Positions 21,025 to 29,387 of a stretch of 41,483 bases of DNA are shown here, one piece after another; position 1 is the first letter of the stretch; every line of letters starts with the position of its first letter. The DNA comes from Craspedostauros australis (Eukaryota). The stretch spans positions 1-41,483 of the forward strand of contig JALAGF010004246.1 in assembly GCA_030167865.1 (NCBI GenBank), in the 5' to 3' direction. The notes below the pieces were generated by a model that was not told the DNA's origin, ran no database searches, and saw only the letters and a list, made by a program, of their open reading frames with translations. Made by a program: the position numbers and the translations under genes.

Positions 21025-22509
21025 ATGATGCATCGCAGCGGAAATTTCCCCATCAAGGGATTCAAACGAGCATCGGAGGCGTGGGCCAAAGCGCGTCAAC
21101 CACTGAGCAACACAAACACCACCAGTTTGCCACGATCAGGTCTTGATCGCACGCACTCTGTATTCCAGCAGACGTGCTCAAGGCGCGCGTTCCATCACAG
21201 TCGACACCAACATTACCATCACCAGCCTCAACCCAGGCCTCGGCCCCAGTCCCAGTCTCGATATTCGTTCAATGCCTCGTACACCCAATCTCAGCTGCGG
21301 CTGCACGTCGGCAATGCTCGTCAGCGGTTGCACAAGACCAATGCACGCACCAAGTCGACCACTATTTCCGGATCGCAGGTGGAGACTCAGACCATCCGCA
21401 CGCGCATCGACAACTGGCTCAACCAGCCCAGGACGGTTCCCGTTCCGCGATGGATATCGCCCAGCCACTACACGACGACTTACTCGGAATGCTTCGGACA
21501 CTCCTCCTTCCTCCTCGTTGCCATGGCGTACTACACAGACGACTTCCTGCAGCTGCGTACCATGGCCATTGCGGGATCGACTTCGATGCTCGTCTTCGCC
21601 TACTTCCATCCACACGGCAGGGTGCTGTGGCTGCCCTTCAAGTGGAATCTCTCCTTCATCGCAATCAACTGCTACCGCATCGGACGCGTCTACCTCGATC
21701 GCTGGCACGCCGAACAGATGAGCCCGGAATTGCGCCGATTGCATGACGAGCATTTCTACGTCATGGACACGGCAGAATTTGGCCGTCTCGTGCGGTTGAG
21801 CACGATGCAGACATTCCGCAAAGGTGACGCCATCGTGAAGCAGGGTGAGGCGAATGAGTGCGTGCGCCTCGTGCTGGGTGGCGAGATCAACGTCCTGCGC
21901 GATTCGCAATTGACGTACCAGCTGCACGAGGGCAATTTCATCAGCGAAGTCGGATTGCACGCAGGTCTCCTGCTGCGAGGCTCGGTCGAGAGCTGCTGTT
22001 CCGTGGTGGCCAATTCCGACGACGTCCGCGTGCTGTGCTGGGACCGCACGCAGCTCATTCAGTTTCTCGAATCCGACAGGAGCGTGCAGCGATCCATCAA
22101 GGCCGTCATGAGCTGGGACATCGTTTCCAAACTCAAATCGCAACGGCTGTTGCTGTCGGACGGCTTGATCCACGATCCCGAGGCTTGGACGGAGAAACGG
22201 CAAGAACAGACGCAATCGCGGTACGCCGCCATCCTGCACAACATGCTGCTGTCGGATTCGAGGCAGCTGCGGGAGCGCAAGGAGGAGTTGCACAAGTACC
22301 GTGAGATCCACAACATCGACGACGCATCGCACGAACGCGCGTTGCGCAAATTCGGCTGGACGCTGGCCGAGTTTGAGCAAGGTCATAGAAATGGCACGGC
22401 GGGGGAGCATGGTGCAGACGGCGACAGGGGCGAAGACAGCAGCAGCGAGCAAATCATGAACGGCGTCGAGGACTTCTGTCGATTGCTGTACTACAAGATC
22501 TTTAAGTGA
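21025..22509 (+). CDS. Popeye(Popdc)-like membrane protein: ~3 TM helices + cyclic-nucleotide-binding-fold domain, Arg/Ser-rich N-terminal presequence
   Basis: Intronless ORF, probable ATG 21025. The TM block FGHSSFLLVAMAY..DFLQLRTMAIAGS..LVFAYF....LWLPFKWNLSFIAINCYRI is followed by LHDEHF..MDTAEFGRL and a cNMP fold (FRKGDAIVKQGE..VRLVLGGEINV...LHEGNFISE...VVA..DVRVLCWDR). This is the Popdc/bacterial Popdc-like layout. Confidence 0.85.
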   Translation: MMHRSGNFPIKGFKRASEAWAKARQPLSNTNTTSLPRSGLDRTHSVFQQTCSRRAFHHSRHQHYHHQPQPRPRPQSQSRYSFNASYTQSQLRLHVGNARQRLHKTNARTKSTTISGSQVETQTIRTRIDNWLNQPRTVPVPRWISPSHYTTTYSECFGHSSFLLVAMAYYTDDFLQLRTMAIAGSTSMLVFAYFHPHGRVLWLPFKWNLSFIAINCYRIGRVYLDRWHAEQMSPELRRLHDEHFYVMDTAEFGRLVRLSTMQTFRKGDAIVKQGEANECVRLVLGGEINVLRDSQLTYQLHEGNFISEVGLHAGLLLRGSVESCCSVVANSDDVRVLCWDRTQLIQFLESDRSVQRSIKAVMSWDIVSKLKSQRLLLSDGLIHDPEAWTEKRQEQTQSRYAAILHNMLLSDSRQLRERKEELHKYREIHNIDDASHERALRKFGWTLAEFEQGHRNGTAGEHGADGDRGEDSSSEQIMNGVEDFCRLLYYKIFK

Positions 22510-22745
22510 ATCCCTTACCGAGTACTTTGCTACATTTGCAGAGTTCGGAACAGTACTGAGTACTCCACTCTCTCGTTCTAAATGAAAAGTACATACCATC
22601 ACTGGCAAAATATTAAGTTTGCTGCTCCCATTCTCTCTGCTCGTATAACGTTTGTTCTCATCATGTATGCTGTGATGGTGTCCATGGTGCCATCATTTGC
22701 AGCAGGAACAGACTGAAGACGCATCCATCACGTTTCTTCCATCAA

Positions 22746-23903
22746 TCAATGTCGAACGTACCCGGTCATGACGGCCCATCGCACGAGCTCGGTTCTTGAT
22801 CCAGTCCCTGTGGCGTCGTACATCTTCTGGATGATCTGCTGAATCCTTGTCACGGACATTGACTTGACATTCAGACCAGTGCCACGTTTTGGCATCCGCT
22901 CAGCAATCTCGGCGCTCGTGTAGCCATCGCACAGCAAGTTGAGAACGCGACGTTCCGTCGTATCCAACACCACGTTGGTCTTCTTCACCACCTTCTGGCT
23001 GTTGTCCTTCATCAGTTGCTTCAATTCTTCCAAATCGTTTTTCAAAGTGCGTAGACTATTGCTGGTCCCGCTATCGCCGCCGTCAACGTCGCCGGACATC
23101 ATGGTGATGGCGGACGTGCCCTGCTCCATCGCCTCGCGTCTGCGAATGACGTTATCGACAATGCTGAGAAGCTCGTTGGGATCGAATGGCTTCGTCAAAT
23201 ACACGTCGGCACCGGCGCGATATCCCGCGACGCGATCCTGCGTCATGCCTTTGGCCGTGAGGAAGAGGATGGGAATGCGTTGCAACCGCTCCTCCTTCTT
23301 GAGCAAGCGCACCAGCTCGATGCCGTCGTCGGGTCCCTCCTGCATGCGAATGTCGCTGATGATGGCATCGGGCACGTTGGTGTGCGTGCGGCACACCTCG
23401 AGCAAGGCGTGGCGATCGGCGCAGGCCGTGACCTGGTATCCGGAATCGTAGAGGAAATCGCCGACGGCGGTGCGGATGGAATCCTCGTCGTCGACCAGTA
23501 GGATCCACTTCGAATTGCGATATTGGAATTTGAGGGAGGATGGGTCGGTTGTCGGGGCTTTCGCGGGAGGCGGCGGAGGATCGCTGCTGTCGTCACTATT
23601 GTCCCTATTGTCACTCTTGTCATTGTTGTTGGCATTGCCATCGTTCGAATTGGGAGACTTGGAAACTGCATCAAAGTTCCATCGCTTGGCGTGCAAAGCG
23701 GGCGTCGATGCTCTTGTGGATGCAGCACATGATGGTGAGCCTCGTCGCGTTGATGTCAGCTTCCTCGATGGCCATGAGTAAGAGAACGCCGCGACATGAT
23801 CGACATGATGGGGAACAGCCAGGAGAGGAAGAGCCAGATGGAGGATCGACGGCAGAACCCTCACTCGTATTCTTGCTTTGGATGAAGGTGCGCTTCTTGC
23901 CAT
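22746..23903 (-). CDS. ycf29: NarL/LuxR-type response regulator (receiver + HTH), Ycf29/Rre1-like, with a bipartite plastid-targeting presequence
   Basis: Receiver domain ILLVDDE...PDAIISDIRM...DGIELV...IPILFLTAKGMTQDRVAGYRAGADVYLTKPFDPNELLSIVDNVIRRR and HTH end TGTGSRTELVRWA closely follow cyanobacterial Ycf29/Rre1 (FLTAKGMT.DRI.GY.AG.D.Y..KPFDP.EL; TGTNSRTELVRFA). The N-terminus has a hydrophobic stretch, VAA-F and an S/T/R-rich transit region. Confidence 0.88.
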   Translation of the reverse strand: MARSAPSSKARIRVRVLPSILHLALPLLAVPHHVDHVAAFSYSWPSRKLTSTRRGSPSCAASTRASTPALHAKRWNFDAVSKSPNSNDGNANNNDKSDNRDNSDDSSDPPPPPAKAPTTDPSSLKFQYRNSKWILLVDDEDSIRTAVGDFLYDSGYQVTACADRHALLEVCRTHTNVPDAIISDIRMQEGPDDGIELVRLLKKEERLQRIPILFLTAKGMTQDRVAGYRAGADVYLTKPFDPNELLSIVDNVIRRREAMEQGTSAITMMSGDVDGGDSGTSNSLRTLKNDLEELKQLMKDNSQKVVKKTNVVLDTTERRVLNLLCDGYTSAEIAERMPKRGTGLNVKSMSVTRIQQIIQKMYDATGTGSRTELVRWAVMTGYVRH

Positions 23904-24496
23904 GGTTGGTTGGTTGGATGTGGTGCGTACTAGTATGGGTGATTGTGAATGATTGGTGATGGCGGAGTGCAGAGCGCAGAGCGCACAAGAGAAGAAGGAA
24001 GATGAGAGGCAGGAAGCGGAGGAGATGGGTCAGCGTCAAGGGAGGGAGTGGGGAGAGCGACAGTGTCTGGGCGTGAAAGTTCCAAAGTTCTTCATTGATC
24101 GAAGGTCTTCCATTTGAGTGTTTCGCCACTCCCTTTATTTCCGCAGCGGCAGTCCCGCAGTCCTCGAGAGTCTTGGATGAATGTTGCAATTCGGTACTCA
24201 ACCACTGAATCCAGTTATATAAAATCCGTGAATTATAACCTGTTGATGTCGCACCAAGAACAATGACCGACATCCAGGCACGCTCGCAATTTTGTTGTGA
24301 CGGTTGGATTCCGACCAAAGCCACGGGCCTCGCATCCTCGGCAAGACCGACTCTGCGGTTGCCTTTCTCGCCTTCCTTTCTTGCCTCTCAGTTCTTCTGC
24401 AGCAACATCGCGCCGTTGTTTTCGTGGTGCTCGTCGCCATCGTCAGTGAATCAACAAAATGCAGGAGGGGCGAACAAGAAAGACGCATTGGTGCCG

Positions 24497-24520
24497 ATCA
24501 TCATCATCATCATCATCATC
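24497..24520. repeat. (ATC)n microsatellite in the divergent region between the ycf29-like and Costars genes
   Basis: atcatcatcatcatcatcatcatc, followed by degenerate CAA/CAT/CGT triplets. Confidence 0.9.
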
Positions 24521-24953
24521 GCGCACACCACCATCAACAACATCAACAACATCACTATCTTCGTCGTCTTCATCATCGTCATCGTAACGTGAGTGTATGA
24601 TACCATACCATTATTGCAAGTGAGGTTGTGAGTGCACCGTAATCCTGTTCGTGCTCATCAACATTCTTTCTCGCTTGGATCGTGCTCTGCCAGCACGACG
24701 AGAGGCATCGGTCACTTGGGGGTGACCTCGTCAACAGGAAAGCAGCTGTTCCGACACTTGGCATCGCCTGCATTTTCTCACAAGCCGTCGTCTTTTTCTT
24801 CCTCTCTCCACGTTGCCATCACGGGCTGTCCTTGTTGCTGAATCGACGGTGGCACAACACTCTGCGACGCTCTGCGACACTCTCGGATTCCTGATTTAGC
24901 CAAAGAAGAAGCAGCACCAGCATTTCATATACCAATACTCCACTTTATTCATC

Positions 24954-25536
24954 ATGGCAGAAGCATCATCACCCAAGGTCGACATCAAGAATGAGATCAT
25001 CTCGTCTGGTTCCATCATCTCTGAGCAGAATGTACGTCCATTCCAACTGCATGCTTCACACTTGCTTCATGCGTGTGGTACTTCGTATTATACTTGTTTT
25101 GTTGAGGTTGTCTCGAGATCAGATCAAAGCGCATTATTGCACCCCCATGATTTCTGTACTCTGCTTGTTGGGATCAACGTCACTCTCGATCCAACTTTCG
25201 GCACTCACATCTTTCCTTCTCGAACGAATTCACTCCAATGGCATTTGGCATTGATGATGATGATGATGATGATGGCAACAACGATGACAATGATAGACCC
25301 GCCTTGATGAAGAAGTCGATCAGCTGCTGATCGACATCCGGCGCATTGGCACCGCCGGCAAACCACACGTGCTATTCGGTGAGCTGTTTGATGACGATGA
25401 GGTCCAGAATTACTACGAGGCCTTGGTGGGGACGTTGAAATCGGCCAAGAAGCGCGGTCTCATCGCCTTCAAGGGACAGATGCTGTTAAAGGGACCCTCC
25501 GACAAGGTCGAAATAACAATCGTCGGCGAGGAATAG
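24954..25536 (+). CDS. ABRACL: Costars-domain protein (ABRACL/CosA-like), 2 exons, 105 aa; not represented in the ORF track
   Basis: Exon 1 24954-25031 (MAEASSPKVDIKNEIISSGSIISEQN), intron 25032-25296 (GTACGT...GATAG, phase 0), exon 2 25297-25536. Exon 2 reads TRLDEEVDQLLIDIRRIGTAGKPHVLFGELFDDDEVQNYYEALVGTLKSAKKRGLIAFKGQMLLKGPSDKVEITIVGEE*, matching Costars (V.FG.LF.DD....FEALVGTLKAAK.R..V...G.LLLQG..D.V.I). Confidence 0.92.
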
Positions 25537-26253
25537 ATCCAGAATGGTGCACTCTACGGCACTGCGGTGTCATATCATCTGGAGTGCGACGTGGCGCAAC
25601 AGGAGAACGGCAAAGCAGCAGCCGCCGCAAGAGAAGATACAGGGAATGCTGTCGAGAATGCATCGCTCTGTTTTCATCGCGAGTTGCGGGGAGAGACAAA
25701 GATCCAACGCAGCCACGATCACCAAAGTTCAGTACGCTCTCCACCATTCCAACCATCATTCAGCAGCGCAAGTCGCCGCCTCACATCATATCACGCCAAG
25801 AACGACGTTGCAAAACAACAGAAAGAGTCAGCACCATACAACGAACATGCAAGATAGAACGATGAGATCAGCACAGGAGTGGTGCCGATGTCAATCGCTC
25901 AATCTCAATGTCTGATGCACGATTACCAGTATGCATGGCGGAGAATAGTCTGCTCCACGCCATGCGACGGGACTAATCCACTCCAACCACAAACTTTGGT
26001 GGACGAATAACTGTTCAAATCCACAGACATGTGCGCAAACGCGTATGCGCGCAAACTACAACAACTAAAATGCAATACAGATCCACCAGCAACGCGACCC
26101 TGCAACACAAGAGAACTACACCAAACAGGAAAAGTGATTGCGCCGTCCAAATCGAACGAATTTATTGTTTCTGGAGACCCCCATGCACTAAACTCTTGAA
26201 CACATCAGCATCTCTTCCCAGTGTGTTTATGGCAGTCTTTACCCCCTTACTAT

Positions 26254-28131
26254 CTACATTCCATCATGATACGAGTGGCCCTGCCGGCCACCATATGCCT
26301 GATTGTACCCCGACGAACGTCCATGATGGCGCTGGTTTTGGCCATGCGCGTGATGCTGTCCATGGTGTGGACCGTAGTCGTAGTATCCATGTGGTTGCCC
26401 GTACATGTGCTGAGGCGGATAAGCGTATCCGTGATGGCGAGGGTCGTGTTGCAGTGGTTGGTGAGGATGCGGATGGTGTTGCGGCGGCGGCGGTGGTGGC
26501 ATCTGGTTGTGCATGTGCATATCGTGGCCCGGGTGCATATGGTTGTAGGGATCGGGCTGTCCAATGTGGGGCACTCTCTTCGGGTCGATCTCTTCTTCCT
26601 CGTCCTCCTCCTTGTCGATGGGGTGCATGCCGTTGTGCTTGTCTGCTTCGCGTTCGTAGTATTGTTTGTCTTCGGCGGACAGTTGCTGTGGGTCGCGGAC
26701 ACACACAGATCAGAGCATGAAGTGGTGACAGAAGATGCATATTCGGACGGTACAGGAAATGCGTGCAAACAGAGAGCAGTTGTGAGGTTACATTCAATTC
26801 AATTCAATTCAAGTGGCTTGACTCTGATGTTACCATGCGTCTTGTCACCTTTCACCAAGTTCTCCACTCTTCGCTCTGGCACTCAACGCGCACGCAACAC
26901 ATGTGCACGACAGCAAATCAACACACCGCGTCTTCTCTCTCACGAGTCGACAACGTACCTTCCATGCAGTTCCAACCAACCGAGCAACGGATCCTCTCTC
27001 GGATGGCACCCCGTGATCCGTCTGCTTGAGGCGCAACACGTGCGCAGAGAAGAACATGTTGTAGCCCGTTTTGTTGCGCTTGCGGTTGGACTGCTTTTCC
27101 GGTGGCTGATACTGCGCCATCTGCTCGTCGTACCGCTTGCGGTCCAACCGGGCGCGTTCCTCGTACTTGGCTTTTTCCTCCTTGGCCATGTCTCTCCACA
27201 CGAGGCCCGTGGCGGCGACGAGATTGGCAGGCGGGATGCGGCTCATCACGTCGTCTGCATCGGTGCTTTCCAACGCTTCCTCGTTCTTCTTCTTTACCGC
27301 GGCGAAGCGGTCCTGGATGAAGATGTTGTATGCCGAGAGGGCGCGTCTGGGGGCGCTTTGGTCCTTGCGCTTGCGTTTGTAACTTTGTTTCCGCTTGCTG
27401 ACGAAGTCCTTCATCTTCTTGATCTCGCTTTGCAACCGCGTGATGTGATTCTGCTTGCGCTTGAGGATGTCGTACATCGTGTTCTCCAACGGAGTCGTCA
27501 TGGTGCACGAATCGATGTAGGCCATGTCCGGATCGTGTTGTACCGCACGCGGCGGCGATGGTATGGAGTTGGTGGATGGATCGATTTCACTGCTTTGGGA
27601 AGAATTGATCTGGAGGTGATCCATCGGTTCGTTCGTTGGCGGTGACGCAGGTGGCGCTTCCACACCGACACCGAGGTTTCCATTCATGTTTGCATTCACA
27701 TCGATGTTTCCATTCGCATCCATATTTGTGTTGGCGTTCATGTTGGCATTCGCATCGATGTTTGCATTGATAGCGTTCATATCAGCGCCCACGTTCGCAC
27801 CAACGGGCGCGTTGGCGTCGGCGTCGACCTTGATATTCGCGTTCATACCGCCCATCACATTGGGATGTTCCTGTGGCACATTGTCCATGGGAGGTGGTTG
27901 CGTCGGCTCTGGCCCTGCAACGATGCTCTGCCCTGGTGGCGGCGGAGGTTGGGTTTCCAAGGCGAGGTGGTCATTGTCCGCAGGAATGGTCGGAGGAGCA
28001 GTCATGGCTGCGGGGACACTTTCTGCTGGATTGTGGTCGTGAGGCTTCAGCCCATGGTCTTGAGTGGGGAGACCGAGGCCGTCGTCAAGCGGCTCCCCGC
28101 TTGGTTTGTATTGTCCGATTTCTACGCTCAT
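26254..28131 (-). CDS. Double HMG-box protein with Pro/Asn-rich N-terminus and His/Tyr/Gly-rich C-terminus, at least 2 exons
   Basis: Exon 28131(or 28212)-26959, intron 26958-26686 (GTACGT...CACAG, phase 0), exon 26685-26254. Box 1 is APRRALSAYNIF...WRDMAKEEKAKYEERARLDRKRYDEQMAQY. Box 2 is NKTGYNMFFS...VGTAWK|QLSAEDKQYYEREA. The start is uncertain: an acceptor-like CTCTCCAG lies just upstream of the 28131 ATG. Confidence 0.92.
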
Positions 28132-29387
28132 TGGCAGGTTGTTCTGGAGAGCAAAGTAGTTGCACGTCAAGGTGTGTGAAAGTTCTGCTCGGTATCTGTC
28201 ATCCCATGCCATGCCAAAACACGTCGTTAGGCGAAATGAAGCACAGCGAAGTGGAATGATGGACGGCGAAGACGTGATGTTGCTGTGAGTAAACTGCTAT
28301 TGATGCTGCTGATCTCATTTCGATGGAATGTGCTGGCACACTCGATTCTCACTGTCATGAAGGAAGCAGTCAACCACTCAATCACGTGTTTGGCCATCGC
28401 GCCATGATTGTGTCAGGAAGACAGAGATGGAGAACAAGAGAGCTGAAGAGAGTGATGGTGTCAACTGATGACTAATCAAACCTCCCTCCGCGCCATGCCA
28501 TGGCACGACAAAGATAGGAACATTCATGGCATCACACCAACCCACCCTCCATGAACACGGACACGATGCAAGTCCAACGACACAGTCACACCATCACGCC
28601 ATCACATCGTCACCATCGAACAGTTCCATCAGACTCACTTCTCCAGTTCTGCTTTCGAAATTGTGGTGCGGGAGAGGTCAACCAAGAAGAAATGGAGACG
28701 ACGACACAGCGAGGATGTGATGAATTGGACAGCGTATTCGGGGTGGTAGATGAACACACCGCAATGCAATTCTTCATGAAGGTAAAATCGGTCTCCCACC
28801 ATTTTCACTTCGTTGCTGGATGATCAGCATTGCTTGAATGGTGCCGCATGCGTCTGGGTCGTGTCGTAACACATGGTGGTCGATTAACACCGAGATGTCT
28901 CACGACACGAGTTTTCGTCCATTCGTGATTTGACTGTATCGATCGATGTACACTACAAAGTTATGTCTAGATGTCTGAAAGCACCCAAACGAACAGCGAA
29001 GAAAAACAGTGATGCGGAAGTTGATCTTGGTTGTCTCACGAACAAAAACAAAGACAACTTCAGCCACTTCGCTCTTTGCTTCCAACTCCCTCCACTCGAT
29101 CGTGGGAACTGCGAGGCACCGGAGATCGCATGGTGTTCCAGCAGCACACACAATACCATGCCATTCGACTAGAGTATAGTTGGTCGTACGACTATACCAA
29201 GTCGTAATACCATACTCAGCAACCAAACAGTCACAAAGACAGCTTCGGACTGCACAGGCAGGGCAAGGAGACGGAGCGAATCGACGGTCACGCCCACACG
29301 GAGAGAGTCGGAGAGAGTTGCAAGCCAACCAACTGCCAAGAGTGTCCAGAACGCTATTCGCATACAAAAAGAAGGAAGAGGCGAAGC

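Noticed and set aside
21178..22608. 476-aa minus-strand ORF
   Set aside because: Antisense shadow of the Popeye-like gene.
26221..27645. 474-aa hydrophobic plus-strand ORF that looks like a membrane protein
   Set aside because: It is antisense to the HMG gene. The V/M/L richness is the mirror of His/Gln/Glu codons.
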